A DNA stretch of 64,000 nucleotides from Eledone cirrhosa (lineage: Eukaryota), in NCBI GenBank assembly GCA_964016885.1, contig OZ024759.1, positions 20,460,001 to 20,524,000 on the forward strand, in the 5' to 3' direction. Made by a program: the position numbers and the translations under genes. The notes beneath the pieces were generated by a model. It worked only from the letters and a program-made list of their open reading frames with translations, did not search any database and had not been told where the DNA came from. Numbering within the stretch: the first letter of the stretch is position 1; every line of letters starts with the position of its first letter. Positions 51,628 through 64,000 of the stretch are shown one piece after another.

Positions 51628-51714
51628 AGATATATATATAGATAGATATACATGTATGCGTGAATTAATTCTCATATACACACATAGAGCAAATACATGT
51701 AGCCCGACATGCAT
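49330..51714 (-). CDS. RTE LINE reverse transcriptase (partial) with an inserted PHD-type zinc finger; the first ~30 aa are flanking DNA
   Basis: WWWN, KAAGP, NYRGIKL, QFGF, FVDLEKAFDRVPR, GVHQGSVLSPLLF, YADD (50275-50286), FRYLG, RRLRWY, GRPRKTW. The C4HC3 motif is at 49984-50115. Confidence 0.92.
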   Translation of the reverse strand: MHVGLHVFALCVYMRINSRIHVYLSIYISTRRTRQQKRTILRRKIWKLKDPTAKNKFQSILLDTFDSKEEQLESYKVEEQWEFLKANLLTATDEVCGWSRPVGRRRVTWWWNSKVEGSIKAKKQAWKVWRDGGSREDYQVARREARRQVYFARREAEERKFKHVLQREDQKREVFRIARQCVKENSDIVGEKCVLNDDGVLAITDTDKKVAWKCHYERLLNEENKWEKDSLPHIDPIEGPVVLVEGSIISKAIKDMKTGKAAGPSEIVAEMLKASGTVGHTMVTRIVNQVIQNGVVPKDWHSSIIVNCYKGKGDALDRSNYRGIKLIDQVMKVTEKVIAQLIRERIDLDEMQFGFVSGKSTTDALFIVRQLQEKYLAKGKPLYLAFVDLEKAFDRVPRSIIWWALRKLDVDEWLVRAIQAMYKETVSKVRINNEYSEEFSVKVGVHQGSVLSPLLFIIALQAITEEFKTGCPWELLYADDLTLIAESMAELEKKFQTWKHGLESKGLKINLAKTKVLVCKKENKAAVPSGKWPCAECRKGVGRNSILCPKCKVWVHKRCSGITGKLTKNIDFTCGRCSGAISSSKCPQNTSSFNCAEGSIEIVDSFRYLGDKISSGGGCSESTVARVRTGWKKFRELIPLLAAKGFSLKMKGRLYDACIRTAMLHGSETWASCAEDIRRLERNEACMLRWMCNSNIRERQSINELRKKLEIRGIRCCLLERRLRWYEHVMRMKDDSCITKCRAIKIDGSHGIGRPRKTWDELINSDLTHLHLTKTMSLDRDLWRYSVIEKTRLT

Positions 51715-51920
51715 GCTGCACTTTCATGACAATCATTAAAATATACACACACACACACGCACATATATATATATGTACGTAATCACACACACAACTATAT
51801 ATATATATATACACACACACACACATATATACATACATATATATATATATATATGTAATCATACACACACACACACATATATATATATATGTACGTAATT
51901 ATACACACACACACACATAG

Positions 51921-51983
<63 letters not shown>

Positions 51984-52063
51984 CATAATCATACACACAC
52001 ACACACATAGCTATCTCTCTGTCTCTCTCTCTATAATATATGTATATACACACACACACACAC

Positions 52064-52102
<39 letters not shown>

Positions 52103-52849
52103 ATCACACACACACATAGCTATCCCTCTCTCTATATATTTAAAATATATATATACACACACACACACATATATACATATATATATATATATATATATGT
52201 AATCACACACACACATAGCTATCTCTCTCTATATATATCTATATATACACACACACACACACATATATACATACATACACATGTACACCAATCACTCTCA
52301 GAGCAGTTCAAAGAGAACTTTAACTATAACCCTCAATCAGAAGCAGCCCTCAAAACGGATGTATCACATAACCATCTTCAACCAATCACTAAAGCTTTTT
52401 TAGCCATTTATTTTTTTCATTTTTATTAGTTTAGTTTATATATTTTAGTTTCTCGGTTGTGTGTGTGTTTTGGTTTTTTTTTTCGGGGGGTGGGTGATTT
52501 TATTCAATTCACTATAACCAGATTTCAAAATGGCCGACCACTATTTCCTCTTTACTGTCTGTATGTGTTTTCATTTTCTTAATACTATTCCTCCTTATCC
52601 TCTCCTCCTCCTCCTCCTCATCATCATCATCATTATCATCATCCCCTCTTTCTCTTCATCCTCCACTCTCCTCCACACCAACCCCCTCCTCCTCTTTTCT
52701 TCAACTTGATTTCTGATTTAGACTTGAGGTGAACAATTTTGGCGGAAGGGAAGTTGATTAAATTGACCTCAGTCCATTACTGGTACTTGATGATTATAAT
52801 AATGTAATTGCTGGTCTTGTGGCAAAGGTAGAAACAATTATAATAATAG

Positions 52850-53017
52850 CTTCTGATTCAGACACAAGGTCAACAATTCTGGGGGTAAGGGAAAATTCGA
52901 TTAGTCCATTACTGGTACTTTATTTTATCGACCCCCGTAAAGATGAAAGGCAAAGTTAACCTCGGTGGGATTTGAACTCAGAATTTAAAGAGACGTAACG
53001 ATACTGCCAATCCACCG
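52850..53017 (-). mobile_element. SINE family B
   Basis: Core ACTTTATTTTATCGACCCC..ATGAAAGGCAAAGTTAACCTCGG..GATTTGAACTC, with more fragments at 52710-52840. Confidence 0.75.
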
Positions 53018-53204
53018 TGATAATAATAATAATAATAATAATAATTAGGTAGTCAAATACTGCGTAAGCACATGTTACTACCTAATTTTCACATTCGCTA
53101 GCTGTTTGTAAATAAAGCCTGTTTTGTGTCTCCCTATTTATAATAATAATAATGATGGGCTACAAAGTATGGTGTCTGACGCTCTACCGTTACTGCAATG
53201 TTTT

Positions 53205-53828
53205 TTTTTAACGACAATGGTTGATACAAAGTATAACATTAAGGACAACACAGGATGGTACAAATGGGCGTTTCTGCGTGTAAAAACAAATATATAAAAC
53301 AAAAAGAAAGAATGTAACAAAAAAAAATGAAACAAAGGAAAATTCCCCAATAGTGGGAAGACCTCCGAAGGTCACTTGTGGAGAAAGACCATTAACCTGT
53401 TGACTGCTGCATATATTTTACACAGCTACAGTTGCTGTCCCAGTTGTTTTTTGTTTTTTTTTCTCAGTAAAATGGCTATTTTTTTAAACAAACATTTATT
53501 AACAACACATATCTGAATGATTGACAAACGTCACATCAATAAACTAGTAACCCCATCTAGCTTTGCAGTTATGAACTGTTGGAAACAAGTTCATAACTTT
53601 GAAGTTATGAACTGTTGGAAATGAGTTAAGACATGTTAGGATGAGTTATCTAGTCTACAGCACTGAAGAGGTTAAAAAAGCCACGGTGACCCTGACCACC
53701 AGGGCAAGTGCCCTCTTCCAGTTTTCCACATCAAATCTACAGGCACATACTCAGAGCAGGCTCATTCACTCATACCATGCTCGCTGGGAAGGGAGCACTT
53801 CCCTCTCCACCCTGATTTTCCTTTTCAA
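53205..53828 (-). mobile_element. L1/Tx1-like 3' end (homolog of 37610-38008) carrying a MITE insertion
   Basis: Collinear with 37610-38008 apart from the 53396-53671 insertion and small indels. Confidence 0.65.
53396..53671 (-). mobile_element. TTAA-flanked MITE family P2
   Basis: TTAA|CCTGTT...AAGAGG|TTAA, the diverged reverse complement of 24789-25108. The empty site is at about 37799. Confidence 0.88.
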
Positions 53829-54195
53829 ATAATAACAAAACACCAACACTAATAGTAACAATAATGATGATAGTAAGAGTAAAAATAACAACAAAGATGG
53901 CACCTTTAACATTTTTGAGATTGTTTATTCCTCTCCTGAGTGTGTTTTAATATAGTAGAATATTGATTAAAGCAGACTATTGACTATTTTTTTCAACACT
54001 GATTTAACACACACACGCTGACACACTCTCTGACAAGCACACACACACACTGATAAGCAAAGCTCACACACACACACGCACTCTGACAAGCAAAGCACAC
54101 ACACACTCTCTGACCAGCACACACACACTTACGTACTGAACGCACACACACTGACATACTCATACACACTTACATACTGAAGACACGCACTTACA

Positions 54196-57100
54196 TTCGG
54201 TTCGGGTCGGTGATTCGGTCGGTGATTCGGTTCGGTCATTCGGTTCGGGTCTGTCATTCGGTTTGGATCGGTCATTCGGTCGTTCGGTTCGGTTCGGGTC
54301 GGTCATTCGGTTCGGTTCGAGTCGGTCATTCGGTTCGGGTCGGTCATTCGGTTGGGCATTCGGTTCGGTCGGGCATTCGGTCGGTCGGTCGGTCGGTCGG
54401 TCGGTCGGTCGGTCGGTCGGTCGGTCGGTCGGTCAGTCGGTCGGTCATTCGGTTCGGGTCGGTCGGTCATTCGGTCATTCATTCGGTTGGTCATTCGGTT
54501 CGGTCATTCGGTTCGGGTCGGTCGTTCGGTTCGGTTCGGGTCGGTCATTCGGATCGGTTCGGGTCGGTCATTCGGTTCGGCTCGGTTCCGGTCGGTCTTT
54601 CGGTTCGATTCGCTTCCGGTCGGTCGGTCATTCGGTTCGGTTCGGATCGGGCATTCAGTCGGTCATTCGGTTCGGTTCGGGTCGGAAATTCCGTTGGTCG
54701 TTCGGTTAGGTTCGGATCGGTCATTCGGTCGGTCATTCGGTTCGGGTCGGTTGGTCGGTTCGGTTCAGGTCGGTCGGTCGGTTCGGTTCCGGTCGGTCGG
54801 TCGTTCGGTTCGGCTCGGGTTCGGTTCAGGTCGGTACTTCGGTTCGGTCATTCGGTCGGTCATTCGGTTCGGTTCGGGTCGCTCATTCGGTTCGGTCATT
54901 CGGTTCGGGTCGGTCATTCGGTTTGGGTCGGTCATTCGGTTCGGTCATTCGGTTCGGTCGGTGATTCGGTTCTGTCATTCGGTTCGGGTCGGTCATTCGT
55001 TGGGCATTTGGTTCGGTTCGGGTCGGTCATTCGGTCATTCGGTTCGGTTCGAGTCGGTCATTCGGTTCGGGTCGGTTATTCGGTCGGTTGGTCGGTCGGT
55101 TATTCGGTTGAGTTCGGTTCCGGTCGGTTGGTCGGTTATTCGGTCGGTTGGTCGGTCGGTTATTCGGTTGAGTTCGGTTCCGGTCGGTTATTCGGTCGGT
55201 CGTTCGTTTGGTTCGGTTCGGATCGGTCATTCGGTTCGGATCAGATCGGTCATTCGGTTGGTCATTCGGTTCGTTTCGGGTTGGTCATTCGGTCGTTCAT
55301 TTGATTCGGTTCGGGTCGGAAATTCCGTCGGTCATTCGGTTTGGCTCGGTTCAGTTCGGGTCGGTCATTCGGTTCGCTTCTGGTCGGTCGGTCATTCGGT
55401 TCGGTTCCGGTCGGTCGGTCATTTGGTTCGGTTCCGGTCGGTCGGTCATTTGGTTCGGTTCGGGTCGGTACTTCGGTTCGGTTCAGGTCGGTACTTCGGT
55501 TCGGTCATTCGGTCGGTCATTCGGTTCGGTCATTCGGTTCGGTTCGGTCATTCGGTTCGGCTCGGTCATTCGGTCGGTCATTCGGTTCGGCTCGGTTCGG
55601 TTGGGATTGGTCATTCGGTTGGCTTCGGATCGGGTCGGTCATTCGGTTCGGCTCGGTCATTCGGTTCGGTTCGTGTCGGTCATTCGGTTCGGTCGTTCCG
55701 TTCGGTTCGGTCATTCGGTTCGGTTCAGGTCGGTTATTCGGTTCGGTTCCGGTCGATCATTCGGTTCGGTTCGGCCATTCAGTTCTGTTCGGCTCGGTTC
55801 GGTTCAGTTCCAGTCGATCATTCGGTTCGGATCGTGTCGGTTCGGTCGTTCGGTTCGGTTCGGTCGTTGCGTTCGGTTCGGTTCGGTCATTCGGTCGGTC
55901 GTTCGGTTCAGGTCGGTCATTCGGTTGGTTCGGATTGGTCATTCGGTTCGGATCTGGTCGGTCATTCGGTTCGGTTCCGGTTTGGTCATTCGGTCGGTCA
56001 TTCGGTTCGATTCGGTTCGGTCATTCGGTCGGTCATTCGGTTCGGGTCGGTCATTCGGTTCGGTTCGGATTGGTCGTTCGGATCGGACATTAGGTCGGTC
56101 ATTCGGTTCGGTTCGGATCGCGTCGGTCATTCGGTTCGGTTCCGGTTTGGCCATTCGGTTCGGTTCGGCTCGGTCATTCGACTCGGTTCGGTTCGGGTCG
56201 GTCATTCGGTTCGGGTCGGTCTTTCGGTCGGTCATTCGGTTCCGTTCGGTTCGGCTCGGTTCAGTTCGGTTCGGATCGTGTCGGTCATTCGGTTCGGTTC
56301 GGCTCGGTCATTCGGTTCGGTTCGGCTCGGTCATTCGGGTCGGTCGGTCGGTTCGGTTCGGTTCAGGTCGGTTCCGTTCCGGTCGGTATGTCATTCGGTC
56401 GGTCGGTCATTCGGGTCGGTACTTCGGTTCGGTACTTCGGTTCGGTCATTCGGTCGGTCATTCGGTTCGGTTATTCGGTTAGGCTCGGTCATTCGGTCGG
56501 TTCGGTCATTCGGTCGGTCATTCGGTTCGGTTGTTCCGTTCGGTTCGGTTCCGGTCGGTCATTCGGTCGGTCGTTTGGTTCCAATTTGGTCATTCGGTCG
56601 GTCATTCGGTTCGGATCGGTCATTCGGTCGGTCATTCGGTTCGGCACGGTCCGGTTCGGATCGGTTATTCGGTTCGGATCGGGTCGGTCATTCGGTCGGT
56701 CGTTTGGTTCGGGTCGGTCATTCGGTTCCAATTTGGTCATTCGGTTCGGTTCGGATCGGTCATTCGGTAGGTCATTCGGTTCGGTCCGGTTCGGATCGGT
56801 TCGGATCGGGTCGGTCATTCGGTTCGGTTCGGGTCGGTCATTCGGTTCGATTCGTCTCGGTCATTCGGTTCGGATCGGTCATTTCATTCGGTTCGGGTCG
56901 GTCATTCGGTTCGGTTCGGCTCGGTCATTCGTTTGGTCGTTCCGTTCGGTTCGGTTCGGGTCGGTCGATTCGGTCGTTCCTTTCGGTTCGGTTCGGGTCG
57001 GTCATCCGGTCGGTTCAGATTGGTCATTCGGTTCGGATCGGTCATTAGGTCGGTCGTTCGGTTCGGTTCCGGTTGATCATTCGTTTAGGTTCGGCATTCG

Positions 57101-60100
57101 GGTCGGTCGGTCGGTCGTTCCGTTCGGTTCGGTTCGGTCATTCGGTCGGTTCGGACTGGTCATTCGGTTCGGATCGGTCATTAGGTCGGTTCGGATCGGT
57201 TCCGGTCATTCGGTTCGGTTCCGGTTTGGTCATTCGGTCGGTCATTCGGTTCCGTTCGGTTCGGTTCGGTCATTCGGTTCGGTTCGGGTCGTTCATTCGG
57301 TCGTTCGGTTCGGTTCGGGTCGGTCATTCGGTTCGGTTCGGTTCGAATCGGACATTCGGTTCGGTTCGGATCGGGCCGGTCATTCGGGTCAGTTATTCGG
57401 TTCGGCTCGGTCATTCGGTTCGGTTCGGTCGTTCCGTTCGGTTCGGTTCAGGTCGGCCATTCGGTTCGGTTCCGGTCGATCATTCGGGTTGGTTCGGTCG
57501 TTTGGTTCGGATTGGTCATTCGGTTCGGTTCCGGTTTGGTCATTCGGTCGGTCATTCGGTTCCGTTCGGGTGGGTCATACGGTTCGGATCAGTTATTTGG
57601 TCGGTCATTCGGATCGGGCCGATCATTCGGTTCGGTTCGGTTCCGGTTTGGTCATTCGGTCGGTCATTCGGTTCCGTTCGGTTCGGGTCGGTCGTTCGGT
57701 TCGGGTCGGTCTTTCGGTCGGTCATTCGGTTCGGGTCGGTCATTCAGTTCGGCTCAGTCCGGTTCGGCACGGTCCGGTTCAGAACGGTCATTCGGTTCGG
57801 ATCGGGTCAGTCATTCGGCTCGGTCATTCGGCTCGGTTCGGGTCGGTCATTCGGGTCGGTCGGTTCGGTTCGGTTCAGGTCGGTTCCGTTCCGGTCGGTA
57901 TGTCATTCGGTCGGTCGGTCATTCGGGTCGGTTCTTCGGTTCGGTCATTCGGGCGGTTATTCGGTTCGGTTCAGGTCGGTCATTCGGTTCGGTTTGGTTA
58001 TTCGGTTAGGCTCGGTCATTCGGTCGGTTCGGTCATTCGGTCGGTTCGGTCATTCGGTCGGTCATTCGGTTCGGTTGTTCCGTTCGGTTCGGTTCGGGTC
58101 GATAATTCGGTTCGGTCGTTCTGTTCGGTTCGGTTCGGGTCGGTCATTCGGTCGGTCGTTTGGTTCGGGTCGGTCATTCGGTTCTAATTTGGTCATTCGG
58201 TCGGTCATTCGGTTCGGCACGGTCCGGTTCGGATCGGTCAATCGGTTCGGTTCAGTTCGGTCTTTCCGTTCGGTTCGGGTCGGTCATTCGGTCGGTCATT
58301 CGGTTCGGTTCGTCTCGGTCATTCGGCTCGGTTCGGTTCGGATCGGTCATTTCATTCGGTTCGGCTCGGTCATTCGTTCGGTCGTTCCTTTCGGTTCGGG
58401 TCGGTTGGTCGTTCGGTTCGAGTCGGTCATTCGGTCGGTTCGGATTGGTCATTCGGTTCGGATCGGTCATTAGGTCAGTCGTTCGGTTCGGTTCGGCATT
58501 CGGTTCGGTCGTTCATTCGGTTCGGGTCGGTTCGGGTCGTTCATTCGGTCGTTCGGTTCAGTTCGGGTCGGTCATTCGGTCGGTCGTTCGGTTCGGATTG
58601 GTCATTCGGTTCGGATCGGTCATTAGGTCGGTCATTCGGTTCGGATCAGGTCGGTCATTCGGTTCGGTTCAGGTTTGGTCATTCGGTCGGTCATTCGGTT
58701 CGGTTCGGGTCGGTCATTCGGTTCGGTTCCGGTTTGGTCATTCGGTTGGTCATTCGGTTCCGTTCGGGTCGGTCATTCGGTTCCGTTCGGGTCGGTCATT
58801 CGGTTCGGGTCGGTCATACGGTTCGGGTCGGTCATTCGGGCGTTCCGTTCAGTTCGGTCATTCGGTCGGTCATTCGGCTCGGTTCAGATCGGGTCGGTCA
58901 TTCGGTTCCGTTCGGGTCGGTCATTCGGTTTGGGTCGGTCATACGGTTCGGTTCGGGTCGGTCATTCGGTTCGGTTCCGGTTTGGTCATTCGGTCGGTCA
59001 TTCGGTTCGATTCGGGTCGGTCATTCGGTTCGGGTCGGTCATTCGGTTCGGCTCTGTCATTCGTTTCGGCTCGGTTCGGTTCGGATCGATCATTCAGTTC
59101 GGTTCGGATCGGGTCGGTCATTCGGTTCGGTTCGGGTCGGTTATTCGGTTCGGTTCGGGTCGGTCTTTCGGTCGGTCATTCGGTCGTGCCGTTCGGTTCA
59201 GGTCGGTCTTTCGGTCGGTCATTCGGTTCGGTTCGGTTCGGATCGGTCATTCGGTTTGGTTCGGATCGGGTCGGTCATTCGGTTCGGTTCGGCTCGGACA
59301 TTTGGTTCGGTCGTTCGGTTCGGTTCGAGTCGGTCATTCGGCCGGTCATTCGGTTCGGCTCGGTTCGGTTCGGATCGGTCATTCGGTTCGGTTCGGATCG
59401 GGTCGGTCATTCGGTTCGGTTCGGGTCGGTCATTTGGTTCGGTCATTCGGTTCGGTCGTTCCGTTCGGTTCGGTTCAGGTCGGTCATTCGGTTCGTTTCC
59501 GGACGATCATTCGGTTCGGATCGGCTCGGTCATTCGGTTCGGTTCGTGTCGGTGATTTGGTTCGGTTCGGTCGTTCTGTCCGGCTCGGTTCGGTTCCCTT
59601 CGGTCGTTCGGTCGTTCCGTTCAGTTCGGTTTGGGTCGGTCATTCGGTCGGTCGTTCGGTTTGGGTTGGTCATTAGGTCGGTCATTCGGTTCGGATCGGG
59701 TCGGTTCGGTTCCGGTTTGGTCATTCGGTCGGTCATTCGGTTCGATTCGGGTCGGTCATTCGGTCGGTCATTCGGTTCGGGTCGGTCATTCGGTTCCGTT
59801 CGGTTCGGGTCGGTCGTTCGGTTCGGTTCGGCTCGGTCGTTCGGTTCGGTTCAGGTCGGTCCGGTTCAGGTTGGTCATTCGGTTCAGGTCGGTCATTCGG
59901 TTCGTTTCCGGTCGATCATTCGGGTCGGTTCGGTCGTTCCGTTCGGTTCGGTTCGGGTCTTTCATTCGGTTCGGTTCGGCTCGGTCATTCGGTTCGGTCG
60001 TTCGGTTCGGTTCGGTCGTTCCGTCCGGCTCGGTTCGGTTCCCGTCGATCATTCGGGTCATTCAGTTCGGTCGTTCCGTTCGGTTCGGTTCGGGTCGGTC

Positions 60101-63100
60101 ATTCGGTCGGTTCGGATTGGTCATTCGGTTCGGCTCGGATCGGTCATTCAATTCGGTTCGGATCAGGTCGGTCATTCGGTTCGGTTCGGTCATTCGGTTC
60201 GGTTCGGCTCGGTCATTCGGTTCGGTCGTTCGGTTCGGTTCGGGTCGGTCATTCGGGTCGGTCGGTTCGGTCGGTTCGGATTGGTCATTCGGTTCGGATC
60301 GGCCATTAGGTCGGTCATTCGGTTCGGTTCCGGTCGATCATTCGGTTCGGCTCGGTCATTCGGTTCGGCTCGGTTCGGTTCGGATCGGTCATTCAGTTCG
60401 GTTCGGATCAGGTCGGTCATTCGGTTCGGTTCGGTCATTCGGTTCGGTTCGGGTCGGTCATTCGGTCGTTCCGTTCGGTTCGGTCATTCTGTTCGGCTCG
60501 GTTCGGTTCGGATCGGTCATTCAGATTGGTTCGGGTCGGTCATTCGGTTCGGTCGTTCCGTTCGGTTCGGTTTAGGTCGATCATTCGGTTCGGCTCTGTT
60601 CGGTTCCCGTCGATCATTCGGGTCGGTTCGGTCGTTCGGTCGTTCCGTTCGGTTCGGTTCGGGTCGGTCATTCGGTCGGTCGTTCGGTTCGGGTCGGTCA
60701 TTCGGTCGGTCGTTCTGTTTGGATCGGTCATTCGGTCGGTCATTCGGTTCAGTTCGGATGGGGTCGGTCATTCGGTTCGGTTCCGGTCGGTCATTCGGTT
60801 CGGTTCCGGTTTGGTCATTCGGTCGGTCATTCGGTTCGATTCGGGTCGGTCATTCGGTCGGTCATTCGGTTCGGTTCGGTTTGGGTCGGTCATTCGGTTG
60901 GGTTCGGGTCGGTCACTCGGTTGGGTTCCGCTCGGTTCGGTTCGAGTCGGTCATTCGGATCGGGTCGGTCATTCGGTTCGGATCGGGTCGGTCATTCGGT
61001 TCGGGTCGGTCATTTGGTTCGGCTCGGTTCGGTTCGGATCGGTCATTCGGTTCGGTTCGGATTGGGTCGGTCATTCGGTTCGAATCGGGTCGGTCATTCG
61101 GTTCGGGTCGGTCATTTGGTTCGGTTCGTGTCGGTCATTCGGTTCGGTCGTTCCGTTCGGTTTGGTTCAGGTCGGTCACTCGGTTCGTTTCCGGTCGATC
61201 ATTCGGTTCGTTTCCGGTCGATCATTCGGTTTGGTTCGTGTCGGTGATTTGGTTGGGTTCGGTTCGGTTCAGGTCGGTCATTCGGTTCGTTTCGGTTCCG
61301 GTCGATCATTCGGTTCGGTTCGGCTCGGTCATTCGGTTCGGTCGTTCCGTTCGGTTCGGTCGTTCCGTTCGGCTCGGTTCGGTCGTTCCGTTCGGCTCGG
61401 TTCGGTCATTCGGTTCAGTTCCGGTTTGGTCATTCGGTCGGTCATTCGGTTCCGTTCGATTCGGGTCGGTCATTCGGTTCGGTCGTTCGGCTCGAGTCGG
61501 TTCGGTTCTGCTTGGTCATTCGGTTCGGTTCAGGTCGGTTCGGTCGTTCGTTTCGGCTCGGTTCGGTTAGGATCGGTCATTCAGTTCGGTACGGTTCGGG
61601 TCGGTCTTTCGGTCGGTCATTCGGTGCGGTTTGGATCGGGTCGGTCATTCGGTTCGGTTCGGCTCGGACATTCGGTTCGGTTCGTGTCGGTCATTCGGTT
61701 CGGTTCGGTCGTTCCGTTCGGTTCGGTTCAGGTCTTTCGTTCGGTTCGGCTCGGTCATTCTGTTCGGTCGTTTGGGTCGGTCATTCGGTTCGGATCGGTC
61801 ATTCGGTTCGGTTCGGATCGGGTCGGTCATTCGGTTCGGTTCCGGTTTGGTCATTAGGTCGGTCATTCGGTTCGGATCGGGTCGGTCATTCGGTTCGATT
61901 CGGGTCGGTCATTCGGTCGGTCATTCGGTTCGGTTCGGCTCGGTCATTCGGTTCGGTTCGATCGTTCCGGTCGGTTCGGTTCGGTCGTTCGGCTTGGTTT
62001 GGTCGTTCCGTTCGGTTCGGGTCGGTCATTTGGTTCGGCTCGGTTCGGTTCGGATCGGTCATTCGGTTCGGATCGGGTCGGTCATTCGGTTCGGGTCGGT
62101 CATTCGGTTCGGCTCTGTCATTCAGTTCGGTTCGGTTCGGGTCAGTTATTCGGTTCGGTTCGGGTCGGTCTTTCGGTCGGTCATTCGGTCGTTCCGTTCG
62201 GTTCGGGTCGGTTCGGATCGGTCATTCGGTTCGGTTCGGGTCGGTCATTCGGTTCGGTTCGGCTAGGTCATTCGGTTCGGTTCGGCTCGGTCGTTCGGTT
62301 CGGCTCGGTCATTCGGTTCGGCTCGGTCGTTCGGTTCGGTTCGGTCGTTCGGTTCGGTTCGGTTCAGGTCTTTCATTCAGTTCGGCTCGGTCATTCGGTT
62401 CGGTCGTTCCGTTCGGTTCGGTCGTTCCGTTCGGTTCGGTCGTTCGGTTCGGTCGTTCCGTTCGGTTCGGTCGTTCGGTTCGGTTCGGTTCGGGTCGGTC
62501 ATTCGGTCGGTTCGGATTGGTCATTCGGTTCGGATCGGCCATTAGGTCGGTCATTCGGTTCGGTTTCGGTCGATCATTCGGTTCGGCTCGGTCATTCGGT
62601 TCGTCTCGGTTCGGTTCGGATCTGTCATTCAGTTCGGTTCGGATCAGGTCGGTCATTCGGTTTGGTTCGGGTCGGTCATTCAGTTCGGTTCGGATCAGGT
62701 CGGTCATTCGGTTTGGTTCGGTTCGGTTCGGCTCGGTCATTCGGTTCGGTCGTTCCGTTCGGGTCGGTCATTCGGTCGTTCCGTTCGGTTCGGTCATTCG
62801 GTTCGGATCGGTCATTCAGTTTGGTTCGGCTCGGTCATTCAGTTCGGTTCGGTCGTTCCGTTCGGTTCGGTTTAGGTCGGTCATTCGGTTCGTTTCGGTT
62901 CCGGTCGATCATTCGGTTCGGCTCGGTCATTCGGTTCGGTCGTTCCGTTCGGTTCGGTTCCGGTCGATCATTCGGTTCGGTTTGGATCGGGTCGGTCATT
63001 CGGTTCGGTTCCGGTTTGGTCATTCGGTCAGTCATTCGGTTCGATTCGGGTCGGTCATTCGGTTCCGTTCGTGTCGGTTCGGTCGTTCCGTTCAGTTCGG

Positions 63101-64000
63101 TTCAGGTCGGTCATTTGGTTCGTTTCCGGTCGATCATTCGGGTCGGTTCGGTCGTTCCGTTCGGTTCGGTTCGGTCATTCGGTCGGTCATTCGGCTCGGT
63201 TCGGATCGGGCCGGTCATTCGGTTCGGTTCGGGCCGGTCGTTCGGTTCGGGTCGGTCATTCGGTTCGGTTCGGCTCGGTCATTCGGTTCGGTCGTTCCGT
63301 TCGGTTCGGTCGTTCGGTTCGGTTCCCGTCGATCATTCGGTTCGGGTCGGTCATTCGGTCGGTCGTTCGGTTCGGGTCGGTCATTCGGTCGGTTCGGATC
63401 GGTCATTCGGTTCGGATCGGTCATTCGGCTCGGTTCGGATCGGTCTTTCGGTTCGGTTCGGATCGGTCATTCGGTTCGGTTCGGGTCGGTCATTCGGTTC
63501 GGGTCGGTCATTCGGTTCGGTTGGGCTCGGTCGTTCGGTCGTTCCGTTCGGTTCGGTTCAGGTCGGACATTCGGTTCGTTTCAGCTCGGTCATTCGGTTC
63601 GGTCGTTCCGTTCGGCTCGGTTCGGTTCGGTTCCCGTCGATCATTCGGTTCGTGTCGGTTCGGTCGGTCGTTCGGTTCGGGTCGGTGATTCGGTCGGTTC
63701 GGATTGGTCATTCGGTTCGGATTGGTCATTCGGTTCGGATCGGTCATTCGGTTCGGATCGGGTCGGTCATTCGGTTCGGTTCCGGTTTGGTCATTCGGTT
63801 CGATTCGGGTCGGTCATTCGGTTCGGTTCGGTTTGGGTCGGTCATTCGGTTCGGTTCGGGTCGGTCATTCTGTCGTTCCGTTCGGTTCGGTTCGAGTCGG
63901 TCATTCGGTTCGGATCGGTCATTCGGTTCGGTTCGGATCGGGTCGGTCATTCGGTTCGGTTCGGGTCGGTCATTTGGTTCGGTTCGTGTCGGTCATTCGG
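54196..64000. repeat. CpG-rich cryptic satellite of at least 9.8 kb built from CGGTT, CGGT, CGGTCATT, CGGGT, CGGAT and CGGCT words
   Basis: Seen directly. It is A-poor on the plus strand and continues past the window end. Confidence 0.97.

Noticed and set aside
48930-51650. Target-site duplication ATATATATATAGA.AGA around the RTE
   Set aside because: The match is low-complexity and imperfect, so it cannot be told from chance.
49394-51739. Plus-strand ORFs overlapping the LINE
   Set aside because: They are antisense shadows of the RT frame with no motifs of their own.
2345-52429. YI/CV/HT-rich ORFs, including apparent Cys- or His-rich proteins
   Set aside because: They are translations of (TA)n, (TG)n and (CA)n microsatellites.
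52526-52537. YY1-like CAAAATGGCCG promoter motif (also AAGATGGC at about 53894)
   Set aside because: These are short isolated motifs with no other promoter evidence.
54210-63950. Long R/S/G/F/V-rich ORFs of up to 1136 aa
   Set aside because: The plus strand is A-poor, so stops are rare and all three frames stay open. The word lengths do not preserve frame.

Overview
This is eukaryotic, AT-rich, repeat-saturated non-coding DNA. The (TA)n/(CA)n/(GA)n density and the SINE families point to a coleoid cephalopod, probably Octopus (inference). I can support no host protein-coding exon, and nearly all ORFs in the track are translations of simple repeats. Retroelements: a young 5'-truncated RTE LINE (48951-51627, minus) with an intact RT frame carrying a PHD-type C4HC3 finger between RT motifs; many short RTE 3' ends; tRNA-derived SINE families, one sharing its tail with the RTE 3' ends; a decayed Penelope-like RT/GIY-YIG relic (13880-14400); and type I hammerhead-ribozyme motifs, the best two inside a 170-bp-arm palindrome (45323-45669). 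DNA elements: TTAA-targeting piggyBac-like MITEs, one with matching empty and filled sites inside the window. Tandem arrays: a 20-bp minisatellite, a 27-copy 88-bp array with hairpin units, and a CpG-rich CGGTT/CGGTCATT satellite of at least 9.8 kb that runs off the right edge. A recurring pattern is short fold-back inverted duplications at the 5' junctions of retroelement insertions next to (TA)n tracts. All family names come from motif recognition, not database searches.
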